From Bilabrum cf. latius (taxonomy: Eukaryota), in contig OZ237743.1 in the NCBI GenBank assembly GCA_965178125.1, positions 868,001-932,000 of the forward strand: a DNA stretch of 64,000 nt. The letters run 5' to 3'. Below are positions 1 to 13,970 of this stretch, in pieces (the stretch's first letter is position 1; the number at the start of each line of letters is the position of its first letter). The notes beneath the pieces were generated by a model. The model searched no databases and was not told where the DNA came from. It saw nothing but the letters and a program-made list of their open reading frames with translations. The translations under genes were made by a program, and so were the position numbers.

Positions 1-48
1 TGAAAATAGCAGCTGGATTCCGGAATCCAGATCGACCCACAGATTACG

Positions 49-3000
49 TCAAGCATCATGCCTGTAATCTACCTCCTAGAACGCATTGGGGTTGAGGAGG
101 GCAGCCCGTGTGACGTCCCCGGCGAGCATCTCACTCTTCTGCGCCTCATTCAGCATCCACTTGAGCGCCTCGCTGTGGCGACGACTAATTGGCTGACCGC
201 TCTGCCCCTTAGGAGTCCCCTTGCCTAGCCGCTTGGAGCGCCGAGAACCAGATTTGGACCCCGCCGAGGCCAAGCCCTGCATCTCGAGCACAGAGCGCCT
301 CACGCTTGACTTGGCTGCCGTTCGCTTTAAGACGTTCTTAAGCAGTTCCCTAGTTTCCATGTCGTGCAGTGCATTGGCTGCACCGAGCATCCCTGTGTCT
401 CCTGTGCCTCCCGTGCCGTCCAGAGGTTCCATGACTCTGGCCTGGCTGTCATCCAGAACGCGCAGGTGGTAGATGGCAGTCGCTCGACCAAGCGAGCCAA
501 GCATGTCCACCAGGTGCTGAGGCCACGTCTGCTCCAACACCGTGTACACCCTGTCCATACCTTCCAGAGCGTCGAACTTCGGCTCGTCGAATTCGGTCTA
601 CGAGACCATGCTGCCCCTGCGGTGTTGGCCGTGAAGCGTCCCAGGTGAAGGCGACCTGCGACCTGAAACCGCCGTCCCGTGTGTACGAGAGCCGGGGCGC
701 GCGGTCCGGCTGCTCGACGCAGTACCCATGCCTCCTCGATCAGCCCCAAACGAAGCACCTCTGCCCAGGGTCCGGCCACCTCCACTCCTCGATGAACCGC
801 GTGCATCCTGTGGTAGAACTTCGATGATGCCCTCCCGCTGCCTCTGGATGTCTTCGATCAGGCCGTTCGCAAATGCCGAGCCGTTTGCTAGCTCGCTTGA
901 AAGCACCAATCCGCCGGTTTTCTCCGCAGCGGTGCGGCGTCGATCAGGCGGAGCATGCCTCGTGACCGTGTGCTCCACATGAGCTGCAAGACGTCGCGTG
1001 AGCTTGCTCGACATGATGGGCCCCCGCTAAGCTGGCCTTTGGCGCTGGGGACGGCTGCCCTCTGCATCGCTCTCGTCATCATCGCTTCCTTTACTTGCCT
1101 GCTCCACCTATGGACCACCCCCGAATGCACCTCTGGCCTCGTCGTCGCCCTCCGCTCGCTTCTCAATCTCCACTGCACCCACCTTGTCGCCCTACATCTG
1201 CTGCTTGACCTTCCTTCTGTGCAGCGCATTCATCTCGGCCTCTGCTTCCAGCATCTCCTCTTTCTGCTTGCGCTGTGCTTGGCATCGCTTCAAGAGCAGC
1301 ACCTCGGCGAGGGACAAACCCAGCTTCTTTGCCATCACGCCTAGCCCGGCCGTGACACTCATCTGCGAAGCGCGCATCTGGTCTGAATAGCTCACGACAC
1401 CACCGGTGGATTTAGCCTTCCCGATCCGCAGTGATTCTCCTGTCTCTACTGGTGGTTCTCGTTTGAGCCTCTGCCGCTTTGCCAGCCCACGTGGGTTAAG
1501 GCTCTGCATCTGCTTGCGCAAGGCCGTCGCGCTGCTGAATGGACCACGAGCCGCATCTTCCTTCTCTTGCTCTACCAACTGCAGCATTTCGGCCGTGGCA
1601 GGATCCCTGGGATCCATGGCGGACAAGCTGCCGTGCTTCTGCATTTCGGTCTTTCGCAGTGTTGTGCTCCTCGCGTTGGCTGCTATGGTGAGGAGCACGG
1701 GCTCGCTGGCAGATTCCAGCAGCAGGAGCCGCCGGAGCGCGGGCGCAGTCTTCCCAATCATCGAATCGACTTGATGACGACTCTCGTCCTGGACGGCCTG
1801 TCGCTGCGCCTGCATTGTGCGACGGTGCGACCCTGCTGGGATCTTGCCGTACTTAGGCAGCGGCGGGGTCGTGGGCCTTGCCTCACTCTCCGGAGGCGGG
1901 GCAACGGCATGCCCCTGCGACACGCGATCTCCAGCATGCCTTGCAGGCGCACTAGTGGTGGTTCCATCCGGGTAAAACCCAGCTGCCAAAGCCTAGGCTG
2001 AATCAGCCCCGCCCCTATGCGCCGATGAAGCCCCGTGACCCCTGGTGGAACCACGCGAAGATCTAGCAGTCTCTGCTGGATTTCTCCACTGCTGCGAGCC
2101 AGCTGTACTTGCAAGCTTCAAGAGGCTTGTTCCCAACCCAGGAGACTGCAACGCTGTCTTTCGTCTCGCACTCGAGGCGATTTCAGCCGGCGACTCTAGA
2201 GACATTCGCAAGGCTGTTGCAGACTGCGATGAGCCAAGCCTGCGCTCCTGCATGCCGCGATGAAGACTTGCACCGAGCGAGGTGCGTGATGCTGTGCGCA
2301 GTGGAGACGCAGCAATGCCTGGCGATGCAGGTTTGCTGTCAGCAAAGGCTTCTCCATGAAGGGCAGTGAGAAACATACCAGAGCGAGAGCTCGGCTCGGC
2401 TGCCTCGGGCTTGGTGCGCGGCACGCTCCATTTGGTCGTAGTCGAGGTCGAAGTGCAGCTGGTATCCTCAAGTGTGCCGGCCATCGAAGATTGAGACGTG
2501 CGCTAGAGGCTGCGCTAGGCATCCCTCGCTTCCCTCGCTCTCCGGGTGGTACGGAACGACTCGAGTCCAGCTTTAGCCACCGAATGCAATTTGCCCTTGT
2601 CAAAGCTGCGCTGCACCTCGTTCTTCTTCTGCACCACAGCGTCGTGTTTCCGAAGCGCTTCAGCGTAGTCGACTTGTCTCTGCTAGAATGCTTTATGATC
2701 CTCGGCAACTTTCTTGGCTCTGGCAGCCAGCTCCGCGGCCATCTTCCTCTCCCTCTTGTCGTCTTCGATTGCGTCTGCCAGGCCGTCGGCACCCACCAGT
2801 CCCCTGTCTTTGATCAGTTTCATCCGCTCCTCTGCCATCCGTCGCTCCACGGCCTCCACAGTGGCGGCCAGGCGCTGCTGGCCGGAGATGCCATTCCCGG
2901 CATTGTCGCCGCCCGATGTGGCCCATGGCTTGCTACCCATCACGTCGGCAGGACCAGCAAGCTTCCCAAGCCGACCAACCTGCCGACCAGCGCGCCCTGC

Positions 3001-6000
3001 AGCTGCTCCCACGGCGCCCTACCGCGCTTTCTTGAGAGCGCGCGTCTGCACGGTGGCGCCCGGCGCCGGTCCCATCCCCTGGCCCTGCATCAGTTTCTCC
3101 CGACGGATCCTCTCCTACCTCTCGTGAAATTTCGCTGCCCCTAGCACGCGCGCTCCTCCCATGGCAGCGAAGGAGATTCGGGCGGATGGACGGCTGTTGA
3201 TCTCCTACAGTCCTTTCTTGGTGCGATCTGCGAGGTTTCTCAGCACATCGTCGGGGTTTTCCGCTTCACCTGCCCTACCAAGCCCGGCCACTTCCCCCCT
3301 GGTATTGGTGTTAGCTCGCAGTAGCATGCCGTTCCGCTCAAGAGCAGTTTGGAAATCGTGCGTCACCGACGCTGTGATGGAGTCGGCCAACTGCTCCATC
3401 TCGTCTTTCTTGCCCATGACCGCCCTTCGCTCCCTATAGACGTCAGCTATCCCAGAACGCATCCTGTGCTTGGATGCAACCAGCTTCTGATGAAGCTGCT
3501 GGTGAATCTCGGCGTGCTGCCGCTTGAGGCCTTTCTGTGCCAATGCCAGCCCACGCAAGAGAGCCTTTGCCTCAGACACGGGCTGCACGGATGGCCGCAG
3601 CACAGGGTTGATCTTGGCCAGGATTTCCTGGGCGTTGCCCCCCTTCCTTGCAACGTGGTCTGCCGAGTCCTTGTTCTCCTCGATCGCCCGATGGATCCGA
3701 GACTTGCTGCCAGGACGCTTGCCCTCCGACGTACCCCTACCGCTAGCACCGCGGGAAGTTCCCTGCCGCGAGCTGTCTCTTGAGCGCGACAGGCGACCCG
3801 ACCGAGAGAGGTCAGTGGGAACGTCCTCTTCGTAGTCGTCCTCGTATAGCTCTGTCTCGAATGCTGTTGGTGCAGTGGCTGCGGCCATTGCCGCTCGTAC
3901 CCTGGCTGGAATCGTGTCTCCGATTTTGACGCTGACCTTCCTGGTCTTCTTCTTGCTCCTGCCACTCTAGCGACTCTCACTGCTGGCATGCACGGCCTGC
4001 AGGCCAAGAGCAGGGACCGACTGTCTCCTCGATTCTGCCTGCTTGGCAAGGCCAGGCTACTGCGAGAACTGCAGTGCCTGAGCAAGAGCATTTCGCTGCG
4101 CATGCTGGCCTAGTACGTCTTTAGAATCAGCAGCGCCCTCAACGCGACCCGCTGACAGCCACTGCGGCCTCCGTGACTTGGTCAGGCCTGCTCTCTCCAC
4201 CTCCCTGCCTCTTCGCGGTCTAGGCGTGCGAGCGGGCGACACGCGGGCGGAATCAATGCCCAAACCGTTGCTCCGCTCGCTATCTGCTTCCTGCATGAGT
4301 GCTGCCTCGGATTCCCCCGCGAGACCACCCTTGCGCTGCACTGCGCGATTCAGCCACGGCTCAGCGAGAGAGAGCGAGGCGCGCCTCCGGCGCCTAGACG
4401 TGAGCCCGCCTGCCTCTGCTCCTCCTCTCGTGCTCACGGGCAGGACTGCAGAGGATGTACCCAGTCCGGCCAAGACTTGCTTGGAGCTTTCCGTGGCAAC
4501 GTCATCCTCAGTGGCTGCAAGATTCATAGCCATTCGTCTGCGCTCCTTCTGCGTCAGGGGAACTGCCAGTCGCAGGTCGGCTTGCGACAGCACTAGAAGA
4601 GAAGGGCGCTTCTTGCGCACGATGCTGGCTCTGCCGGTACTGCCCTTTGTTCTCCTCCTCTTTGAAGAGCCACTGCTCGCAGCCTCAGCGGCAATGCGCT
4701 TCGCATCCGTCAGTGATCTTCGCAAGGATCTCTTTGATTTGGAATCATCCGAAGATGCTGGCAGACTTGACACTGAGGCTGCCTGCAAATGCTGCTTGAG
4801 CGCAGCAGGGGAGAACGATACAGAGAAGCTTGCTCGTGCTAGCTTTCCCATGCCCGGGGTGTGCATTGGTGTGTCGGCAAAGAAGCCCGTTGCGCTTGCA
4901 CCCGGGCCAGAGCGGGCTGGAGACGCACCGCCATCAGGATGCACGGATCTGGCAGCCCGCAAACTGTCTGTTCGAATCCTTGGGCTTGAGGTAAGCCCGG
5001 TCGTTGGCGCTTTTCCCGGCTAATTGGCTGTACTGGCCTGTGCAGACGACACGCCACCAGACACCGCTGCACCTGGCGGGAGTGGTCGCTTGGGCGGGGG
5101 CGGGATAGGCTTTCCCGACACTGAGATGCGCCTGGGTCGCATCGACTTCTTCTTCGGCGTGATCCTTGCGAACCCCACGTGCTTAGTGGTCGCGAATTGC
5201 TTCGACGAGTTCACGGACTGAGCCGGGGTAGGCGCAAGTGCCCGCATCGGCGATCCAATCGGCTGTGGCCCGACGTGAGGTGGAGCTCGCAACGAGTGAC
5301 CTCTGCGACCTGGTGAGGCCTGCTGCTTCTTTTTGACTAGATCGGCGCTGCCTGGCGACCAATCGCTGCCATTTCTCAGTTCTCTGCCTCCCATCTCACC
5401 TGTCAGCTCAAGAATATCACCCTGATCATTCGGCACAACGGCTCGCAGGTCAGGGTCATACAAGCTCTGCGCGGTGATGGCTTGCATGAGCTTCAGCCCG
5501 AGCGACTCGTCCGCCGCCCCTGGATTCTCGCCGTAGTGCTGCCTCATCATGCTCGATACCACGTCGGTTCGATCGTCTGTTCCCGGGAGTGAAACCTCTG
5601 CGTACTTGCCTAGCGGCCCCCACCTGCGCACCCTTTCATCCAGCTCATCCCGAGTCGTCTGCTTGGCCTTGCGGCTTGCCTTCAGTCCAGCCGCGTTCAC
5701 GAGACCACCGCGCCGCCCAGCAAGGACCAGCCCTCGGTCAATTGGAGTGCCGTCGGAGGTATGGAAGACTTGCTGTGTCGGCCTGGTGGTGAAAGCCAGT
5801 CGCTTCGCCATGCGCATCGCATCCGAGCTGATGCCACCCCCGCCATTTCTTCCTTTGCCTCCACTGGTCAGGTGCTGCAAGAGGGCGGCAGAGTGCAGGA
5901 TCACCTTTGGCTCTCGTGACTTAACCACGTCCGACAGCACAACCTCCGGGATCGCCTCAAAATCAACCCTGTCCTGTCGCAGCTGTGCCGCAAGCAGCTG

Positions 6001-8718
6001 GATGAGTGGCGGAGCAGGCATAGACTTCTTGTCGGAGCGAAACAGAAGGATCCGCTTGCAGTCGGCGGTCAGGTGCAAGTTGACATCCCATGGGTGCTGC
6101 GTGCTGGGCGCAAATGCGCCAAGGATCTGACGAGTTGCCTTGAGGATCCCCGCGAATCTCTTCTGCGCAGCTGTCCTTGGCCTGCTTTCGTCGCCGCTGC
6201 TTTCGTCCGTCGACTTGCTCCCGCTGCGGTTCGAACCCTTCGACAGGAGCTTCGCGAGAGACCGGCCTCGGGAGGCTTTCTTCGGAGACTGCTCATCGTC
6301 ATGTATCGCGGTCTGGTTCTTTTTCCGCCTGGGGGCCATGTCGTAGTAGCCGCTCTTGGTCCGATTCATCGTCTTGATCTCCGGCGCTTTGGCCTCCTCT
6401 GCGAGTGCCTCGAGCTCACGCATAGTGCCACTAGCTGTGCGATTCAGCAACTTGGCCCGGGATCGCTTCCGCTTGGACCTGGGGGTCTGAGTCTCTGCTT
6501 CGCTGTCGCTGCTGTCGTGCAGGTCGTCACCCAGGCGCGCGTCAATAAGCTCGCTGCCCAGCTCTACCGCATCCCCGCCGCCGCTTCCACTGCCTGAGCT
6601 GTCCTGTGGCATGCCAGAATGTACCGAATCAGGTGCATGTGCAGGCCTGCCTAGGCTGAATGATACGACCGGCTTCCTTGGCTTGGACGTGCCCTGACCG
6701 TCCAATCTGGAGCGCAGACTGTTCTTTTTATTGGCACCCAGTGCAATCCCTTTCTGCCCTTTGGCAGCCAATGCAGCGCCTACCTTGCCTGCACGTTTCG
6801 CAGCAGGGTTGGAGCGGGGCTCGTACTGCGCACCGCCGTGCCGTGCTGCGAGCTCGAGCCCGGGCATGTCCTTGGAGTGCAGCACTTCCAGCCTCTTCGG
6901 GATGTTCATGCCGCACAGCGTGCGCCATAGCGCTTTGTCCGAGATCACCTTGCCGTTGATAGCGACTCGGGCCCTGCTCCGCTCCTGTAGCTTTGCGATG
7001 CTCTCTCGTCGCCGAGCACCGGGAACAGGCGCACCGGTCGGCTTGCTTCCCGCCTTGCTGCCAGTAATCTCGTGTGTCGCAGCATTTGAGGGGGTCAGCG
7101 ACTCGGAGTGGGAGGCAACCATGTCGTGCGAGCCTGTAGACTGGACCGCATGGGCACTGTCGCTCAGGCTCTCACCCAGTCCGGCTCGAGCCCCCGAGGC
7201 GCGAGCTTTGGGCGCAGCGAATGACCGACTCGTCGACAGCTTGGCATGCTTGTCGGGCGGCACAGCGCCGGAGCTTGATGCTATTCGTGACACAGGGCTG
7301 CTTCCAGTGGGTGTATCACCGTGCTTCTTGCCGTTGGCCCTGGCTGGGCTGCTGCCCATGGCTGCCCCACCAGCGTTGATGATACCGGTGGAGGCCAGTG
7401 CACGCTCATTCGCCTTTGCTCCCAGGTGAGTACCCGCCTATGGACCAGTGGTCAATCGATCGATGGCTGCTTCGATGCGCCTTACAAGGATGGGCGGGTA
7501 CAGTGGACCGTCCTCGGCCAAGGAGGGGCTACCCTCGTACACCCGCATGAACAGCTGCAGCACCACCCGGATGAGCACGAACCGGACCCAATCCAGCACC
7601 TCGTCGTGCATGGCACTGACTGCCCCAGGCTGGGCAGAGGCAGATGTCTCCATCCTGGCCACTGCGCTCGTATGCCGCATCAATCGCTGGTACTCCTTGC
7701 CTATCAGGTCGAGGGCTGTTTGGGGCACCGGGGCGGCACTTGCACTTGCCTTGGCCTTCTCGCCGGGGGACTGAGCATCCCCGGATGGCGATGGAGCAGC
7801 TTTTTCCTGGCGTTGTTCCCCCTGGTGCAGTGCTCTCCGCATGGAGCTGCTCTGCAACACGAGCGTCTGCAAAGTCTCGCGCATGGAGGCCGTCCAGTCC
7901 GCCCCCTGGGGCCCCTCCTGCGCCACGCGGAGGGCGAGCGTCCTAGCTGTGAGCACGCTCAGCATCTCGGAGGAATGCACGAACCAAAACAAAGACAGGA
8001 CCAGGTCAGAGAGCTCTGCAAACACAGGCGCGATGGCTATCAATCGCCAACTGTACCGCTTGCCGCGAGAGATCGGCAGGTGAGCCTCGGAAGCCCCACT
8101 CGCAGCGCTTGTGCCTGCAGCAGCTCGCGAGATGGCCTCTAGCAGCTGCCCCGATGGAAGCATCTAGCACACGATGTCGTCTCTTGGCAAAGGAGCATGC
8201 AGGTTTGACAGCTCTCGTCGCAACCAAATGTTGCGACCCTCTCTATCTAGCTGAGGCTGCAACGCGACCGCTGTACAGAACTCTTTGCACCACTCGCGCT
8301 CATCATCGGGAACAAGTCGACGTTTCTCCCCGACAAATTTGTACGTGACTAATAAAGTTTGCAACAATCTAGGAGACACATCCTCGGCAGCCCCTGCAGC
8401 GTGATGCCTCGGGACGAGCTCTGCTGGTGGCAGTGGTGCTAGCAAGTCCATTCCCCTGGCGTCCTCAAATGTGAGCGGGGTACTTTCAGCAGTGGATCTA
8501 TCCGATCGTGATGTATATGGTGCCTACTGCTTGGATTCTTTGGTGTCAGCATCGCCAAGTCTCGTGATAGCTTCGTCTGCAAACTTATTCTACCGTTGGG
8601 TGTTGGCGTCGTGGAGGTGTCGCGCGCGTTCTACCAGTGCCACAATACCCTCCTCAATCGAAAGAGAACGAGGCTACGCAATATTTCTACTGGATGTCAT
8701 TCGCAAAAGCTAGAGCAT
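49..8718 (-). CDS. Giant low-complexity, basic, Ser/Ala/Arg-rich protein (~2889 aa) of unknown function; single exon when TAG is read as sense
   Basis: Track ORFs 8164-8451, 7438-8163, 5020-7359, 4057-4962, 3205-3888, 2683-3012, 1993-2484, 1192-1989, 598-1014 and 76-558 share one frame and each ends in TAG. Gaps translated by hand contain only TAG. ATG at 8718, first TGA at 49-51, 21 in-frame TAG. Confidence 0.8.
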
Positions 8719-10322
8719 TTTGTTGTGGCTCGAGATAGCATGCGGACCACCATGCAACTTTCTGGCTCCGAACCAAATTAATCATTGATGTGCATCTGGT
8801 CCTTGTGGGCTGCTCCTTGCATCACCTCCTCGCCAAACCCTCTCAGTCTGCACTTACCCGTCCCGCCTGACCTCCCATGCGTTCCACCATCCAGCCTCCG
8901 ACTTGATCTATTATGCGCTCTGCTTGTCGGCCAGCCTGATGCCATTCTTACCATTTGCTGGCTTTCGCCCGGTGTCTCCACCCTTCCCGATGTGGTCGAC
9001 ACCACATCTCCTTGAGTAGATTGAGGGAGTGGCGTAATACTCCACCTTCACCATGGTACAGTGGCTCAGGGCGATAGATGGCAGAGATTGGCAGCGATGC
9101 GGCACCTGGCTGGCATGGCTACACCATGGGGAAAGCGAGGTTGTATGAGTCAGGGACAGCCTGCTGTGTCCATGGCTAACCCGGAACCCCTCCGGGTCCC
9201 ACCGCCCCAATTCCTGCCTTGTCTGTGCCTCCCGCTTCATTCACCCCGTCCTTCTTGTCCACTTTTCCTCCATCCCACCCACTCCCATTTTCCTTCACCT
9301 CAATCACGCCACACGACTCGTTGACTCGCCCAAGCACTGCGCTCAACGCACGACCTCAGCCTTACAGGCGCGAGCCCCTCACGCGCGGTCTTCCTCGCCC
9401 AGGGGGGGCAGGTTCCGCCGGCTCTGTCCAGGTTGCAGTGAAGTTACCTCGCTGACACAATCCCAAGGCGTACCCCTTTCCCAACAATATCAAATTCGGC
9501 GATAGGAGCTGTCAGTTAGGTTGGATACCTTCGCGTCTATTACAGCGGTGGATGCCTTCGAGCTCGATTATACGCTTGAAGACAGGCCTAAGTGGTTTAG
9601 CCAGGTAGCAAGCGTTGCAGATAGGTTTATCCTACTCAGAGTGAGTTTGTCAACACCACTATAGCACAAACAAGGTGGATTTGTGTGCACCCTCAGTGCT
9701 AGTGTGGGACCTTCATCAGTGACCAAGCGTCCAAGCGTCAAGCACGTGGGGGTTGCTACTCCCATCGAAGTGGCTTTCTCCAGGCATGGTTTGACAGGCA
9801 AGCATGAGATTCTGCGAGCAATTGCTACGACAAAGGTGCCTGAATTTGCTAATTAAATTATGAGCTAGCATAGTGTTGGGATTCGGTTTGGCCATGCTTG
9901 CAGTCACGTGTGCAGCTTGTTGACGTGCTATTGCGTAGCACACAGCTAAGTCAAGCACGTGCGACCAGGCAACCAGCTCCTCCCGATCAACATCGAACAC
10001 TTTTGAGCCAACAATGACCAAGGCCTTTTCGATACGGCCTACCGTCAGCCCGGGCTCGAGCTTGGGCCTGCATGCAGCATCACAGGAGCAGGAGCCTTCA
10101 GCTTGCGATGCAGTGCCAGCGAAACTACACCGATATTGAGGCTCATCAGGGGTCAATGTGTCATCCATGCGTGTTTACTCACTTGCTCGGTGCCTGCAAG
10201 TGTGTCGTACGTGGGCCTCAGCCCCTGGCCTCGTGTGGTAACGTGCTGCTAAATTTATTACAGATCGTCAGACAACCGTTTACTGAAAGTCAAGCCGCCT
10301 TCGAATTCCCGCAGGAAATTGC

Positions 10323-11609
10323 ATGAGCCAACGACGCCTGGAGTAGCGATGGACATTTCCAAATCAGGAAATCAGCGGGTGGGGGGTCACAGTGCTTACG
10401 GTGGCAACAATCGATGCTGCGTTATCGTCTGGTGTATGCTAGCGAAGCAGTCCGGGACAATCACCGTAGTATTTCGAATATTTAAGAGCACAGAGGTCGG
10501 GAGCAGTCACGCTCTAGAAGGTGGACCTTGTGTGCAGCAGGGTGGGAAACCATCGCCACGTAGCCCAGCGTGTACCGATGCCAGCTGTTTCGGCGGAGCG
10601 TTCGCGAGCCGATGGGGAAATCAGAACGATGATTTTTGGTCCGCACTAGCGCTTCGATCTGTTCGATATCGTGAAGGGTTTTGGCGGCTTGGGAACGACA
10701 GGCTTGAGTATACATTTGGCACGACAGATTCTTCTTGCTGTGAGGGACTTCCATCGGAAGCAAATCGCCCACAAAGACCTGAAATTGGAAGTCATTCGCA
10801 TCGACGAGGAGTACGGTGTTCGAATTAGCGGCTTATCGCACTGTATGCCAACTCATGGCTCCGATCAGCGGCCGCGGCCGACGAAACACCGGGGCGGCAC
10901 TCGCGCCTACGCGGCCCCGGAGGCATTCGAGAAAAAGGAGCACGATCCAGCCAAGGCGGACATGTGGTCCCTCGGGGTGCTCTTATTTATCCTCGTGGTC
11001 GGCAGACCGCCGTGCCGTGTAGCATCAGACGAGGACCCTTGGTTCAGGTGCATCAACCGAGGAAACAAGGCGGAGATGGACGAGTTCTGGTCCAAACACC
11101 TCAAGGCGTCCAAGATCAAGATCGACGCACACGCAGTGCATTTCAGGCAGCTGATCGAGGGGCTGCTGCAGGTGGACCCGATGCGCCGGCTGGAGGCAGC
11201 CGCAGTGGTGAAGCACCCTTGGATCTGCACGGTGTGCCCCACCCAGGAGATCTGCCAGGGCCTGCTTCGTAGCATGATGGAGCAGCTGGAAATGAAGAGA
11301 GAAGCCAGGGCGTCGAGCCACCGGCCGACAGACCCGGAAATGGGGGACGGTGCGGGAAGAGCTACATCAAGGAGTGCAGGCCAGCAAGCCATGGGAGGCG
11401 CAAGGGAGGCCGAAGAGGCTGCGTCACGGGCTGCGTCACGGCTACCGGCAGCATCGGCCCGTTCCCCCGGTACGCAAACAGGTTCCGTCCAGGCAGCTAT
11501 GGACGATGGGGAACCTCCCGCAGGCAGCAGCGGGAGCAGCGGTTGCGCAAGTGGCAGCAGTGCGCCCTCTGCTGGCGATGCAACGACCGCTGCTGTCGAT
11601 GGAGAATAA
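10323..11609 (+). CDS. CAMK-like protein kinase-fold protein, probable pseudokinase (copy A)
   Basis: Motifs HKDLKLE, GGTRAYAAPE, KADMWSLGVLLFILVVGRPP and LLQVDPMRR. ATG 10323 is in frame with track ORF 10671 through 5 TAG; ends TAA. DFG is replaced by SGL and the catalytic-loop Asn is absent. Confidence 0.75.
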
Positions 11610-11767
11610 AAATGGTTGCATCCAGCTTGAAGTAGATGCGTGAATTTCGATATCACGCCCTCCTCATATGTGCACTGCACTTCCCAGCCTTGGATTGCAG
11701 TGAAGGGGAGCAGTCGTTGTCGCATGGGATGGGTCTCCCAAGACCATGGCTTCGTGAGTTCTATCAG

Positions 11768-13429
11768 ATGGCCCTGCAGAAGATGAAGCAGATGTAGATG
11801 GTATGGGAGGGCCGCGCTTCATCGAGCCAACTTGACGGCACGCGTGCTAGTGAGAGAGCAAGGGTGACCAGGTATGCCGATGATCGGTGTGTTTCAATGA
11901 CAGGGAGAGCTCTTACCGTCCTATTGGCAGGCCTCCTCAACCAGGCCAGGACGGAGAGGGACATGGGCAGGGGTCGCCTTGTTCTCTGCCGCCTCAAGAG
12001 CACATCGCCCCGGGACGGGGTGGTCGGTGATCAGCTTCCCTTCCTCCGTGCGCTAGCCGCACACCGTGTATTCGGCCCATGTTCCAGTTGCGGCCCTGAT
12101 AGCGAGCCCACTGCGGGTCCAGCTGTCGGGGCCGAAGCCATGCACTACTCGCAGACTGAGGGCGATACCAGCCGCAGGCTAGCTGCCGGTAAGCCGGGGT
12201 ACTCCAGCGCCATGTCCATTGACCAGTTCAAGAGCCCGAAGCTGTCGCCGAGTTGCGACTACATGCCTTCCCATGTCCGCTTCAGGCTTTGCGACTAGTT
12301 CGTGGATGAAGCGATCAGGAACCCGAGGATGCACCTGGAGCACGTGAGCGAGCGCAAGCTGGGCAAGTACATCGTGCGGTGGCCCGAGGTTGTCGCCCTG
12401 GCAGCCGACACGCTGATGCCGCACCACCTGTCCCGCTTCGTCTCCGAGCTCACCGGGGCCACTTCATATTTCAGCAGCGTGAGGGACTGGAGGGCCAAGG
12501 GGAGCGCGGCAACGGTCGTCGGCTTCCAACGGGAGCTTGTCACAGCTGCCGGCCATTTCTCCTGTCCGACCTTGGAGGTCGGGAAGGCAAGAAGTGGAGC
12601 TGGTGAGGGACACCCTCGGGTGTTCCTCAGACGGCGCGGGGCGATGCTGCGCCTTGGCCCGGACTAGACGACAAGCACCACAGTGTGGAACTCGGGGCTG
12701 GGGATGAAACCCGAAGGAGGTGGCAATCGTGCTCCTCCAGATCTCTCGATGGGCGGTGGTGCAGTTGCACAGAGGAACCAGCTTGTGGGAGCGGTGAGAT
12801 GGCCTGTGATGAGGAGCGAGGTGGTGACACCGGCACAGGCGACGATAGTGCGGTGTCAATGCGAAAACCTACCGCGAGAAGTGAGGGCCCCAAGTGGATG
12901 GGCCCCGAATGGATGGAAACCAGCTGGGTGTGGCCCAGGTGCCATCCACGAAATGCAACAGCTGGATGAGGGCAGTGGCTTGCTGCACAGCTGTCTGTCC
13001 GCCGCGCCGGCCAATCGGACCGGAGGGCGAGCGAAGCTGGAGTCCTCCCAGGCTCCAGCCATTGCTATGTGTTTTTGTTTTGTTTTTGTTACTTCGATCG
13101 AAGGTGCGGACTTGTCAAACGAGTGTGTCTCTACTGCATTCACATGCAACTCATCCGGGATGCTGCGGCACCGCCGCCACTGCGGCACTGCAGCTTCACA
13201 TGGCGACCGCCCCTGCCTCTTGTGCGTGCCTGTACGCCCGTGCCCACAGCAGCAGCACCCCCACGCTCGCGGGTGCCAGCCTCGATGCAGGCAGCAGGGT
13301 CCCTTCCTTGTCCTCTGCCCCCGAGCCCTCTGCTGCCGCCACGCCCGAGCCAGCCACGATCCGCTCCACAGCCACGGGGAACTTCCGCAGAGGGATTCCC
13401 TTGATGCTGACGGTGGCACCCGAGGCTGA
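11768..13429 (+). pseudogene. Chimeric ORF (TAG read-through) containing an arginyl-tRNA synthetase DALR anticodon-binding-domain-like fragment
   Basis: ORFs 11798, 12302 and 12683 share a frame and are separated by TAG. LEHVSERKLGKYIVRWPEVVALAADTLMPHHLSRFVSEL resembles the ArgRS DALR helix bundle, with no catalytic domain. The 3' part overlaps the NUDT22 exon copy antisense. Confidence 0.35.
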
Positions 13430-13817
13430 TCCTCCTGCTGCTGCAGTCTCCGCCCCAGCAGCAGGGCCAGACGACTAGTCGGCCATGTCACCTTTGCCCG
13501 CATCGCGCTCCAGGGCAGCGGCCTCCACCCGCTTCAGCTCCTCCGAGAGTGCTCCCAGCACGTCCTCCTTCTTGGCGATCACCAGCTTCGTGCTCTCGTA
13601 TGCCTCGGCGTTGCCGCTCGTGTACCGCTTGGCAACCTCTGCGGCCGTGAGGCTGCAGTCGACTGTGGGGCAAGAAGAGAATCTTGATAGGAACAATTGA
13701 ATCGATAGCTTGCGTCACTTGTGCCAACGTGCATTCTTTGGCAGGCGGACGAGAGCTGCAGGTGGCCAGTCTGGCCACCCCATGAGCACACCAGCCTGAC
13801 CTGACCAAAGGCGCAAG
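12300..13817. repeat. ~1.5 kb direct segmental duplication, copy 1 (partner ~15608-17121)
   Basis: Near-identical sequence at an offset of ~3305 nt; duplicated ORF translations in the track. Confidence 0.9.
13196..13662 (-). pseudogene. Orphan duplicate of the NUDT22-like 3' exon
   Basis: DCSLTAAEVAKRYTSGNAEAYESTKL matches 16501-16967. The upstream exon is replaced by an Fmt 5' fragment. Confidence 0.65.
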
Positions 13818-13823
13818 GGACAA

Positions 13824-13970
13824 CTTGCGTAGGCTTGGCACAGCAACATAGTCAGTTTTCATGAACAACACGCGCACATTTTCAATACTCCTGGATGCAG
13901 AGCTGGACAAGCACCTCCTAAATATTCTCTGCATAACGAATGGCGGTACACACGCCAGTCAGTGTCAGTG
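13824..13970 (-). pseudogene. Duplicated 5' fragment of the Met-tRNA formyltransferase gene
   Basis: MQRIFRRCLSSSASRSIENVRVLFMKTDYVAVPSLRKL versus MQRILRRCLSSSASRSIENMRVLFMGTDDVAVPSLRKL at 31144-31257. Confidence 0.8.

Noticed and set aside
9716-10168. 150-aa - strand ORF
   Set aside because: No recognisable motif or clear codon bias; cannot be supported as a gene.
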